The position numbers were made by a program, and so were the translations under genes. The notes under the pieces are model-generated. The model saw nothing but the letters and a program-made list of their open reading frames with translations. It was not told the origin of the DNA and searched no databases. DNA of 64,000 bases from Tubulanus polymorphus (lineage: Eukaryota; Animalia; Nemertea): assembly GCF_964204645.1 (NCBI RefSeq), contig NW_027437471.1:1-64000 (forward strand), read 5' to 3'. Of this stretch, positions 28,468 to 40,533 are shown one piece after another. Positions within the stretch are counted from its first letter, which is position 1, and each line of letters starts with the position of its first letter.

Positions 28468-28583
28468 CAGAGTACTGTACCGACAGAGTACTGTGTACCG
28501 ACAGAGTACCGTGTACCGACAGAGTACTGTGTCCCGACGGTGTACTGTGTACCGACAGAGTACTGTGTACCGACAGAGTACTG
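28468..28583. repeat. 20-bp minisatellite (GTACCGACAGAGTACTGTGT) within a dispersed repeat related to 2575-2660 (inverted)
   Basis: Tandem copies; flank is the reverse complement of 2575-2660. Confidence 0.75.
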
Positions 28584-29306
28584 GTTTGAGCAGGGGACGC
28601 CTAGGCTCAACGGAGCCCCGCGACCAGTATTTTAATGGTTCTATATGAACTATATGACCCCTTCTAAATACCCGAGAAGTTTCAGAGCCCTAGGGCCACT
28701 ATTAGGGTCGTGCAGGAAGTTAGAAAAAGGTCGCTTTTCAGGTCTCAACTTAGTTCATTTTCGCGAATTATTTGACACTGATTTTCGTGGTTTGAGCAGG
28801 GGACGCCTAATTTCTAACAAGTAATGACAATGTTATGAAATTTTCATGACAGGTAATGACGACGACGCAATTTTATCGACAATGATTCTCTTTAATTGTT
28901 TTTTTAAAAAACACAAATCGTTTATTTATCCAGTACACGCCGCTTTATTCGGTAACGTTGCGACAGATGTAGATAAATTACCTAAGTTCACAATGAGGGA
29001 GATAGAAACATTTTAAATAGTTAATTGTTAATTCTGGGACTGGGTGTCATCGATACGTGTAATAACGAATGCCGTGTTATGTATGTCATCGTACAATGTT
29101 ATGACATTATGACATTGTCATAACAAGTCATAACATTGTCATAACAAGTAATGACAATGTTATGAATTAACGACATAGTAAAATTAACAACTAAAAGCCT
29201 GCTTAAAAAAGTGTGTTTTCAATGATCTTTTAAAACATTCAACCTTTTCAATTGAACTAAGAGAACTTGGTAAAATATTCCACACGTTAGGAGCATTAAC
29301 TCTAAA

Positions 29307-29437
29307 CGATACGATACGATACGATACGATACGATACGATACGATACGATACGATACGATACGATACGATACGATACGATACGATACGATACGATACGAT
29401 ACGATACGATACGATACGATACGATACGATACGATAC
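29307..29437. repeat. (CGATA)n pentanucleotide microsatellite, ~26 units
   Basis: Pure run. Confidence 0.98.
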
Positions 29438-30012
29438 ATGTTTTATATGTCTCGATTGATACGTTCTATTTTTCGATGCGGGTTTTTGATTTTTCACATT
29501 CAAATGCACCTAGGCCCTATATTCTATATAATGTTATATTAACTGCGCCCGATATTAGAATTCCTGAAATAAACCACGTGATATACTCCGAGATTTTAAC
29601 ACCGAAGATTCTGATATTTCTTACTCTACCTGATGTGGGCTTTCATACCGAACATATTTTTACGAGTCGATTGTGACCCTTAGCCTAATTCTGTCTCTGT
29701 ATCATTTAAATACATCAATATTGTCAAAATAGAACAAATTCAGCTGGTAAATTTTGATAGCGTTGATAGAAGAGAAAGGCTTTAATTCATTACTGGCGGC
29801 GGCAATTTAGATCAGGTCTGATTAGAAACTGTTGTAATCAGAGAATAATAGCGGGTAGTCATTGAAGAGTCACCACATCTGACTGGTCGCCAGTCACCAC
29901 AACCTGACTGATCATCACATTTGACTGATTGGTTCACTGGTCACCACACCTGACCGGTCACTGGTTAACACAATGACGAGACAAACTTACAAACTGCGCA
30001 AATCGTTACTGG

Positions 30013-30110
30013 TGTATGGTCTAGTGGTTAGCGTGCTCGGCTGGCATGCCGGAGGTCGCAGGTTCGAGTCCTGCTAGGGTTAGGGTTACGGCCTACCTAA
30101 GGTTAGGGTT
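30013..30110 (+). mobile_element. tRNA-derived head + TTAGGG (copy 4, different flanks)
   Basis: TGGTCTAGTGGTTAGCGTGCTCGGCTGGCATGCCGGAGGTCGCAGGTTCGAGTCCTGCTAGGGTTAGGGTTA. Confidence 0.65.
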
Positions 30111-32463
30111 GGCGAGCCAGGTCCATTTGGGCTTATTTTGCCGACTATTTTGCCTTTGTTGAGGCTATTTCATGATTCCTGTCGTCCCCTAAATGCCATT
30201 TTGGTGGAAAAAGGCTAATTTATTATTGGCGGCGATGGGGTCTTTAAAGAATTGTTGTTATCACAAAAATGATAGCGTTTCGATAGTTTACAAATAAGAT
30301 AAACTTGTTCGACTTTTATAAAACAGAAGTAAACCGTATGACGTAAACATCAAGCGATTAAAATATTCACTTAAGTTTTATTCAGCAAAAATCATCGAGT
30401 TGATTTTGTACGTTACAATTAAGTTGTTCAATTAAACAACTTAGTATTAAAAAAATGATTGTTGGGTTTATAATTTTCAATATAAATGGTGGAACTTACT
30501 TTTTAGAATATTTGATAATCGATGCTTTAAAAAATACTAATAGAAAAGGAGAAATGGAAGATGAAATGAAATAATTTTCAGATTGACTAGAGAGATTGAG
30601 ATCTTCTGGTGTTCTACATCTTATGTTCAAAATACACGTATTTATTATAATGGTACCTGGTTTATCGTGGGCTGATTATATGTACAGTCCGTCTGATATT
30701 CAAAAGGTTAACTAAATCTGATAAACATGTAGTCCAAAACCTGGGCCCTATAAGTGTCACTTTCGTAATCTTAATTTGCTCTAACTGACATTGAATCACA
30801 TAACTACGTGATAAGGGGAAATGTTCGTATTTTCAAAGCGTGGATTCCCGAACATCATCTACGGTGAATCAAACAGTGAATCGGTCGATACCGTATACAA
30901 CTAGTGAAGATGGAGATATTCAATTTGATCAGTGTCATTAATTCAAGTCAATTACAGATAATACAGTCGTCTGTCAACAAAACGGTTACTATTATCAGTC
31001 ACCAGCTGTCCTTGTACAACAACGCGCGTCACACATATAGACAATACAGATGTTTATTACTGTAGAAATTGTTTTTTAATTTCGAGGTTTTACTTGAAAA
31101 AGCCGCCATCTTGATTTTGATCTTTTAAAGGACATTTGACATTTAAAATGTAGTTTCAGATTTAAATAGCTATATCAGACAGGAATAAAACACGTTATTG
31201 ATAGTTTATATCATTATGATGATATTTATGTAAAGAAGACAGGTTCTGTTACGGGTGATGAAGCTCTGCAGTTTTACACCCGGAGACGGTTTAGGACGGC
31301 GTCCAGAATAGACTGAACGAGCTCCAGAGTGTGGAAGGTTTTTGTATTGTATCGAGTTTGCCGGGTTTTGATCGTCAGTTTGTACGTAAACATCGACCAT
31401 GATTTGTGGAACATCACGTATTGTATTCTAATTTATATCTTGAGTGTAAAAAAAACGTAAAATTTATTTTAGATTAACACAATGTATTTCTCAAGTTGAG
31501 TGTGAACTGTTGGTTTGATCTGAATGCTGTGGAACACGATATCTGAGTGACTGTTAAAACCCTTCCAGGATTGGCACTGTCCCCCAGAGATGAATGTCTC
31601 TAGTAAACTTTGCATCATTCAGAATCTACTCAACCAAAATAAATAAACTTGAAACCAAATTTTAGAATCTACTGGGCTTCATTTCTGAATGATTGTTGTT
31701 TGTTTTGACTGGTGCGTTGCCATGGTGATGGCAAGGTGATATTCTGGATCCGATGTCTGGAAAAATAGTAATTCCTGACAACAGAGCCAAATTTCATACT
31801 GAAATGAATAACTACACTTATTTTCATCGATATAATAACAGAATGAATTTTTAGCAAAAAATTTCACAGATATTTGTTAAAGAAATAGAAAACTTGTGGA
31901 TACTCTCAGCCGCGCCCCGCTGAAAAAAACTATTAGGTTAAATACGTGTTGTGAGTCACCAATTCAACTTATAAGATTATTGATTTTTTCATTAATTGGG
32001 AATAATTTTAGAATGTTTTATTCGAACTATAGCCCGGAAGTTCACTAGAATTGCTACGTATTGCTAATTCCGTGGAATTCATTACCCCGCTAGTAATCCG
32101 GAGCGGTACCTAAAGCCATCCGCGGCTAGAACCGTGAACTCTTTAGTTGGTGCTCGGAGCGCAAAGCCTGAGTCCGAGTTGACCTCGAGCTGCGCGGTCT
32201 GCAGAACTAGCATGGCGGACGAATAAATCGCTATTTTCACTTGAAATATTTAGAAGCTTCTCTTTCAACTAAGATGCGTCAGAATGTGTTCAAACCATTT
32301 CAACATTGAAATACAGTAAGTAAATTTACTTATGAATCGAATACTTGTGATGTATGAAGGTGATTCGAGATGGAGAGCGACATAAAACACTCCGGTTTAA
32401 CCCCACGAGCAGCAGCAATCTCTATTCACTGATGCGTGCTGTAAAACCATCATCATTCAGTAA

Positions 32464-32772
32464 TAATAATAATATTAATATGTGTCTTATATAGTGCTAA
32501 ATCCAGCCAGGCTGCTCAGAGCGCTTTACATTTTTCGGTATTATTACCCCGGCCAATTTTAATACTCTAACATGTATCAGTCATCTCTCCCTTTTGAGAA
32601 GTAACACCGAGCTGCTAACAAACGCTCAGGAGTCTTCTATCAGACCAGGTACCCATTTACTCCTGAGTGGAGAGAGGCAATGAGGATAAGTGTCTTGCCC
32701 GAGGACACAACGGGGATCGAACCCACGACTTGGCTTCCCAGAGCTGAACGCTCTAACCACTAGCCCTCACCG
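32464..32772 (-). mobile_element. tRNA-derived CORE-type SINE with (TTA)n tail
   Basis: Minus strand A box GGCTAGTGG, B box GGTTCGATCCC, central GTGTCCTCGGGCAAGACACTT...AAATGGGTACC; CAGTAA TSD; empty site at ~39200. Confidence 0.85.
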
Positions 32773-33624
32773 CAGTAAAAAGTATCAAGAACATAAAGAG
32801 TGGATCGAGGCCTAAACTATTACTATCAATACAGATGTAGCATTTGACCCCGCGGATACCCTGGATTTTAGAGTGATTTCTCTGACAGGTTTCTATGTTT
32901 ATTTCAGGGTGATGCTCTACTAATTAACTGCAGTCATCAGGAAGTTCAAGGAATAACTGTTTGGCGATGAAGTGAACAAGTGGTCCCTCAATTCAGGTAG
33001 ATATATCTTAGGCCCTAATCACAGACCTCTACAAACCAGTTTCAGTGGTGTTTTAAAACAGAGTTAACCAAAATCCAAGCAGGTTTTCAGCGCCGTTCTC
33101 AAATCATTGATGCCATCATGATTTGAAAGCTTGTCAAAGATTGCGGCTCAATTTACTGTGGAAATATCAAACATGTTTGAATGGTGCGATTCACCTGCAG
33201 CTGAGCAACGAACACGCTGCAAATTTCATTGTGAAATCTGTAATTTCAGACGGTGTGGGAATAAATTCATATAGTGTTCCCTGCTCTAAGTTTGAACCAA
33301 TTTACCGTTAAGTCTTGTATGAAAAAAAATTCTAAGCCTGTGACTGAAACCTGTGACACGTCTACACCTGAAATTGACCTAGTTCTAAACACTGCGCATA
33401 AACCAGATCAAGTGGTTACTGTCATTTAACCGTAATGACAAGGACATATGGTAAGGCTTATCGGGTGAAATACAGGATATCGACAAATTCAAGTTCTGAA
33501 ATTACTCGTTTGATGGCGCTAGTCAGAAACAGAAATTGGAACCTAAATCCACCACGCGCGAGATTTTTATTGCAAATTTAACCATGAAAAATGCTAATTC
33601 TCATGTGTTTATCTTGTGTTTCAG

Positions 33625-34341
33625 TTTCATACACGTTACGGTCACCTACCACAGCACAAGAGGAATATGGTAATAGCCGGTGGTGTAACTGCGTCTGTTA
33701 TCGTAGCGCCAGTTGTCGCTAGTTTAGCCGTTGGTATCGGTGTACCGATATTATTGGCGTATGTTTATGGCGTGGTACCGATATCGCTGTGTCGCAGCGG
33801 TGGTTGCGGCGTATCGATGACTGACTCCGGGCGGAGTTCGATTTGAGTTCGAAGAGAACGAAGGAAGTGGCCCATCGGGGCCTTATGCCCGTAAGTACTT
33901 AAACCATACTTTTCATATAGTGCAGGGTCCGGAATCGGCTGTTTTTCTAGGATTCATAAGGGATAATTTGATGATGTCATAGGGGGATTAACTGATAAAG
34001 CCACGTTGTCTGGTGTGGCTGCTATATAAATCCCCCTATGACGTCATTTAAGTTAGTTCAGTACTAGTATGAGTGAATGTTTATATTTGTTGTAGCTGAT
34101 TCTCACAGTATAGAAACGACCAGTCACCGGGTAGCGAACCCCAGTATCGGACCTAGTATCGGTGAGATGTCTATGGCTATGACTGGCAGTCTTAGCGCTA
34201 GCGAAGCCACATCTACCGACTCGGGATAATCCGCGATGAGAGCAATCGCTAATCGGCTAGTAACAGAGCGATTGCTGGCTCCAGTTTGAACGGTAGTTTA
34301 TCGGGAAGCGCCGTTGCCGGACCGAGCGGATTCCAAAACAG
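33625..34341 (+). pseudogene. RNF19: RNF19A/B (Dorfin-like RBR E3 ligase) pseudogene fragment, exons 33625-33890 and 34096-34341
   Basis: [54 protein letters not shown] and NPSIG..MTGSLSAS..GSLSGSA match RNF19 as recalled; splice sites intact but frameshifts/stops present and no RING-IBR exons seen. Confidence 0.85.
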
Positions 34342-35760
34342 GTAAGAGATTTTCCCGACTACAATCTCACGAATCACGTGGATCCCCTGAGAAAATTGGA
34401 GGAGGGCACGGCGAAGAAACGGGTGCAGATTTAGGAAAATCTTAAAGAGAAGGAAGAGCAGTTCTCTGAGAAAGCAGGATTAAGGCTGACTTATGTCGAC
34501 AAGCAACGCGATGCCTACCGACACAACTGGGTTTATCGCCGATTAACGGCCTACGAGAGGCCGCCAGTTTCTGCTCTATCTGTTCAACATAAGCCGGCTT
34601 GCGACGGCAACCCGACGCCTACCGACTCGTCGCAAGCCGTATCCGGCTAGTTGCCCGTGTTCTACTCCGGCCTACGGTAGGCCAACAGTTGCTTTCGATC
34701 GCAACTGACACAAACTGCTGTGATATGCACGGCGTTGCACCACTTTTAGTTGACAAATAAAAAACCCACAGTAGATTTGTAGAAACAGTTTCGAAGTTAA
34801 AAACTGTGGTGTTTTAAAACCGAGTTAACCAAAATCCAACCAGGTTTTCAGCGCCGTTCTCAAATCATTGATGCTATCATGATTTGAAAGCTTGTCAAAG
34901 ATTTCGGCTCAATTTACTGTGGAAATATCAAACATGTTTGAATAGTGCGATTCACCTGCTGCTGAGCAACGAACACGCTGAAAATTTAGGTGTGAAATCT
35001 GTAATTTCAGACGGTGTGGGAATAAATTCTTATAGTGTTCCCTGCTCTAAGTCTGAACCAATTTACCGTTAAGTCTTGTATGAAAAAACAATTGTAACAC
35101 TGAAAATTCTTGGAACTAAAAGCATTTTGAATCAGGGTGTCTGATATATACTGATGAATAGTTACTGCAACATGATCGCCACCTATTGGATATCTGCTGA
35201 ACCACCAAATTATTGGATTAATACGAATATACTGTATATCACATATGCCATCTATTGGAAATTTAGAAATTTATATCTTGAGTCAAAATAAACGTGAAAT
35301 GCATTTCAGATAAACAAAAATTGTTCTCAAATTGAGTCTGATCTGAATGCAGTGGAACACAATATCTGAGTGACTGTTAAAACCCTTCCAGGATTGGCAC
35401 TGTCTTCCAGAGATGATTTTGATAAAACCAATGTCTCTAGTAAACTTTGCATCATTCAAAATCTAATCAACTAAAATAAATAAACTTGAAACCAAATTTA
35501 AGAATCTACAGGGCTTCTTTTCTGAATGATTGTTGTTTAGTTTTGACTGGTGCGTTGTCATGGTGATGGCAAGGTGATATTCTGGATCCGATGTCTGGAA
35601 AAATAGTAATTCCTGAAAACAGAGCCAAATTTCATACTGAAATGAATAACTACACTTATTTTCATCGATATAATAACAGAATGAATTTCACAGATATTTG
35701 TTAAAGAAATAGAAAACTTGTGGATACTCTCAGCCGCGCCCCGCTGAAAAAAACTATTAA

Positions 35761-36104
35761 AGGCGTTTTTACGAGCATCCGATTTTTGCGATCGATTTCG
35801 TGAACGATTTGCTTCGATCGTACGATCGAATCGAACGTTCGTAAAAATGACGATGGATTTGGCTAATCACATGACATAAATATGGCGACGTTGAGGAAAA
35901 TAATGTATGGTTTTGAACTACCCGGTGCCGCCATCTTGGAAATCAAATCGCCAAATCGCTCGCCGAGCGAGTTGGTCGATTTCAAAAATCGATCGGAAAA
36001 TCGTGTTCGTAAAAACGCCGATCGTGAAATCGATCGCAAAAATCGGTGCTCGTAAATGCGTTCCTACGATCGATCGCAAAAATCGGATGCTCGTAAAAAC
36101 GCCT
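35761..36104. mobile_element. 344-bp MITE with perfect 36-bp TIRs and a 3-bp TAA/TAG target (PIF/Harbinger-like)
   Basis: AGGCGTTTTTACGAGCATCCGATTTTTGCGATCGAT inverted at both ends; paralogous blocks at ~31930 and ~38640 lack it. Confidence 0.88.
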
Positions 36105-36636
36105 TAGGTTAAATACGTGTTGTGAGTCACCAATTCAACTTATAAGATTATTTGATTGTTTTATTAATTGGGAATAATTTTAGAATGTTTTATTCGAACT
36201 ATAGCCCGGAAGTTCATTAGAATTGCTACGTATTGCTAATTCCGTGGAATTCATTACCCCCGCTAGTAATCCGGAGCGGTATCTAAAGCCATCCGCGGCT
36301 AGAACCGTGAACTCTTTAGTTGGTGCTCGGAGCGCAAAGCCTGAGTCCGAGTCGACCTCGAGCTGCGCGGTCTGCAGAACTAGCATGGCGGACGAATAAA
36401 TCGCTATTTTCACATGAAATATTTAGAAGCTTCTCTTTCAACCAAGATGCGTCAGATTGTATCCAAACCATTTCAACATTGAAATACAGTAAGTAAATTT
36501 ACTTATGAATCGAATACTTGTGATGTATGAAGGTGATTCGAGATGGAGAGCGACATAAAACACTCCGGTTTTACCCCACGAGCAGCAGCAATCTCTATTC
36601 ACTGATGCGTGCTGTAAAACCATCATCATTCAGTAA

Positions 36637-36945
36637 TAATAATAATATTAATATGTGTCTTATATAGTGCTAAATCCAGCCAGGCTGCTCAGAGCGCTTT
36701 ACATTTTTCGGTATTATTACCCCGGCCAATTTTAATACTCTAACATGTATCAGTCATCCCTCCCTTTTGAGAAGTAACACCGAGCTGCTAACAAACGCTC
36801 AGGAGTCATCTATCAGACCAGGTACCCATTTACTCCTGGGTGGAGAGAGGCAGTGAGGATAAGAGTCTTGCCCGAGGACACAACGGGGATCGAACCCACG
36901 ACCTGGCTTCCCAGAGCTGAACGCTCTAACCACTAGCCCACACCG
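36637..36945 (-). mobile_element. Duplicated copy of the same SINE insertion
   Basis: Same sequence and flanks as 32464-32772. Confidence 0.85.
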
Positions 36946-39585
36946 CAGTAAAAAGTATCAAGAACATAAAGAGTGGATCGAGGCCTAAACTATTACTATC
37001 AATACAGATGGAGCATTTGACCCCGCTGATACCCTGGATTTTAGAGTGCTTTCTCTGACAGGTTTCTATGTTTATTTCAGGGTGATGCTCTACTAATTAA
37101 CTGCAGTCATCAGGAAGTTCAAGGAATAACTGTTTGGCGATGAAGTGAACAAGTGATCCCTCAATTCAGGTAGATATATCTTAGGCCCTAATCACAGACC
37201 TCTACAAACCAGTTTCAGTGGTGTTTTAAAACAGAGTTAACCAAAATCCAAGCAGGTTTTCAGCGCCGTTCTCAAATCATTGATGCCATCGTGATTTGAA
37301 AGCTTGTCAAAGATTGCGGCTCAATTTACTGTGTTTGGGACTTAGCAAAAATATTTGCTGCGACAAAATTAACTGTGGAAATATCAAATATGTTTGAATG
37401 GTGCGATTCACCTGCTGCTGAGCAACGAACACGCTGCAAATTTCATTGTGAAATCTGTAATTTCAGACGGTGTGGGAATAAATTCATATAGTGTTCCCTG
37501 CTCTAAGTCTGAACCAATTTACCGTTAAGTCTGGTATGAAAAAAAATTGTAGCACTGAAAATTCTTGGCACTAAAAGCATTTTGAATCTTGTTGAATCTG
37601 TTTTCATTTTTTATCTGATGAAGAAATAATGATTTTCAGTGTTTTGTATTATTTCAGATGTAGGCGTAACGCTAGAGTTTTGTTTATTCTACTCAAAAGA
37701 AGGTGATGTTTAGATCAGGTTCGTTTAGTTACTCTTATTCATGTCGAATATTTGATATGATTTTTGTGAATTGCTCTAATGATGTTATAATGAATGTTGT
37801 TTGATTTATATTCAGTCTAATGGAGGAGGATCTCAATAACTGAAACCTGCGACACGTCTACACCTGAAATTGACTGTGCGTCAAGTGAATGAATTATTCA
37901 TTCTAAATGACTGATGTTTCATGCTGTTTAGAGGATTCGTAGGAAATGTTCCAAGTTCAAACCCAGTGATTCTGATCAGATGATAAACCAGGGTGTCTGA
38001 TATATACTGATGAATAGTTACTGCAACATGATCGCCACCTATTGGATATCTGCTGAACCACCAAATTATTGGATTAATACGAATATGTATTCGTATTGGA
38101 TTAAACTGTATATCACAGACGCCATCTATTGGAAATTTAGAAATTTATATCTTGATTGTCAAATAAATGTGAAATTCATTTTAGATAAACACAAAATAGT
38201 TCTCAAGTTGAGTCTGAGCTTTTTTTTTATCTGAATGCAGTGGAACACAATATCTGAGTTACTGTTACAGGATTGGCACTGTCCCCTAGAGATGATTTTG
38301 ATAAAACCAGTGTCTAGTTAACTTTGCATCATCCAGAATCTACTCAATCAAAATAAAGAAACTTGAAACGAAATTTAAGAATCTACAGGGCTTCATTTAT
38401 GAATGATTGTTGTTTGTTTTGACTGGTGCGTTGTCATGGTGATGGCAAGGTGATGGATTCGATGTCTCGAAAAATAGTAATTCCTCAAAACAGAGCCGAA
38501 TTTCAAACTGAAATGAAGAACTTCACTTATTTTCATCGATATGATAACAGAATGAATATATTTGAGCAAAAAATTTCACAGATATTTGTTACAGAAATAC
38601 AAAACTTGTCGATACTCTCAGCCGCGCCCCGCTGAAAAAACTATTCGGTTAAATACATGTTGTGAGTCACCAATTCAACTTAAAAGATCATTTGATTGTT
38701 TCATTAATTGGGAATAATTTTAGAATGTTTTATTCGAACAATAGCTCGGAAGTTCATTAGAATTGCTACGTATTGCTAATTCCGTGGAATTCATTACCCC
38801 TAGTAATCCGGAGCGGTATCTAAAGCCATCTGCGGCTAGAACCGTGAACTCTTTAGTAAGTGCTCGGAGCGCAAAGCCTTAGTCCGAGTCGACCTCGAGC
38901 TGCGCGGTCTGCAGAACTAGCCCTCCCAAGTGGAGTATGTCCCATTTAAGATTGATCGCGGACGAATCAATCGCAATTTTCACTTGAAATATTTAGAAGC
39001 TTCTCGTTCAACGCAGAAGCGACAGAATGTGTTCAAACCATTTCAACATTGAAATACAGTAAGTAAATTTACTTATGAATCGAATACTTGTGATGTATGA
39101 AGGTGATTCGAGATGGAGAGCGACATAAAACACTCCGGTTTAACCCCACGAGCAGCAGCAGCAATCTCTATTCACTGATGCGTGCTGTAAAACCATCATT
39201 CAGTAAAAAGTATCAATAACATAAAGAGTGGATCGAGGCCTAAACTATTACTATCAATACAGATGGAGCATTTGACCCCGCGGATACCCTGGATTTTAGA
39301 GTGCTTTCTCTTGACAGGTTTCTATGTTTATTTCAGGGTGATGCTCTACTAATTAACTGCAGTCATCAGGAAGTTCAAGAAATAACTGTTTGGTGATGAA
39401 GTGAGTAATGACAAGGACATATGATAAGGCTTATCGGGTGAAATACAGGATATCGCCAAATTCAAGTTCTGAAATTACTCGCTTGATGGCACTAGTCAGA
39501 ACCGGAAATTGGAACCTAAATCCACCACACGCGAGATTTTTACTATGAAAAATGCTATTTCTCATGTGTTTATCTTGTGTTTCAG

Positions 39586-39773
39586 TTACATACACGTTAC
39601 GGTCACCTACCACAGCACAAGAAGAATATGGTAATAGCCGGTGGTGTAACTGCGTCTGTTATCGTAGCGCCAGTTGTCGCTAGTTTAGCCGTTGGTATCG
39701 GTGTACCGATATTATTGGCGTATGTTTACGGCGTGGTACCGATATCGCTGTGTCGCAGCGGTGGTTGCGGCGT
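39586..39773 (+). pseudogene. RNF19: Second RNF19-like exon copy, truncated mid-exon by telomeric repeats
   Basis: Near-identical to 33625-33812, then switches to TTAGGG. Confidence 0.88.
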
Positions 39774-39821
39774 TAGGGTTAGGGGTTAGGGTTAGGGTTA
39801 GGGGTTAGGGTTAGGGTTAGG
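39773..39821 (+). repeat. Telomeric tract: 7 TTAGGG/TTAGGGG units plus TTAGG
   Basis: Read directly. Confidence 0.97.
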
Positions 39822-40399
39822 TTTAGAGATAGAGGTTAGGGGACCAAACCGAAGGTTTGGAGACCCCACTAGTGCACGGGCAGCGGGTTATCCCTGTAAA
39901 AAAGTAGTGAGAGTTAATTGTTGTAGTGAGGCGGTCTACGGGACGTTCATGCCTCGGGGCGTGTTCGTGTCGAGTCGTCGTATCCAGTCTTGTTCGGCTG
40001 CTTCGCGGATCGGTCTCGTGGAGCCTGGTAGGTGTTGGAGACCGTACACCCGAAAGTGTTCGCGGGTGTGGTCGACTTGGTTGAAGTGGTCCGAGACTGG
40101 AGTCGAATTCTTCGTTCTGATGCGTGAGACGTGATGAGTGACGCGTTCTCGTAGAGACATTCCGGTTTGGCCGACGTACAGCATGTTGCACTTGGTGCAT
40201 TCGATGCAGTATACAATTTCACGGGTCGCGCAATTAATTGTGCTGCGGATCGCGTGCATTTTGTTGTGGCTGCGGCAAACGGTTGTTTCTCGGACGAGTG
40301 GACACGTACGACATCTCGGTGTTCTGCATTTCTCGGTGCCTCGACGTCGGGTTGACGGAGTTCTTTGAGTAGACCTGGAAATAGAAGAATTGGAAACAA
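39815..40399 (-). mobile_element. 5'-truncated PLE copy (3' UTR + GIY-YIG coding part only)
   Basis: Same sequence as 40413-40997 (offset 598). Confidence 0.95.
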
Positions 40400-40419
40400 G
40401 GGTTAGGGTTAGGGTTAGG
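40400..40419 (+). repeat. Telomeric tract GGG(TTAGGG)2TTAGG between truncated and full copy
   Basis: Read directly. Confidence 0.95.
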
Positions 40420-40533
40420 TTTAGAGATAGAGGTTAGGGGACCAAACCGAAGGTTTGGAGACCCCACTAGTGCACGGGCAGCGGGTTATCCCTGTAAAAA
40501 AGTAGTGAGAGTTAATTGTTGTAGTGAGGCGGT

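Larger units (their letters stand above)
31480..39773 (+). repeat. Mosaic of three paralogous ~2 kb blocks (~31480-33330, ~35330-37550, ~38200-39400) plus RNF19-like fragments
   Basis: Shared anchors (CTCAGCCGCGCCCCGCTGAAAAAA; GGGTGATGCTCTACTAATTAACTGCAG) occur three times. Confidence 0.88.

Noticed and set aside
30013-30075. Functional tRNA gene
   Set aside because: A/B boxes present but no convincing acceptor stem or terminator; runs into TTAGGG, so treated as tRNA-derived
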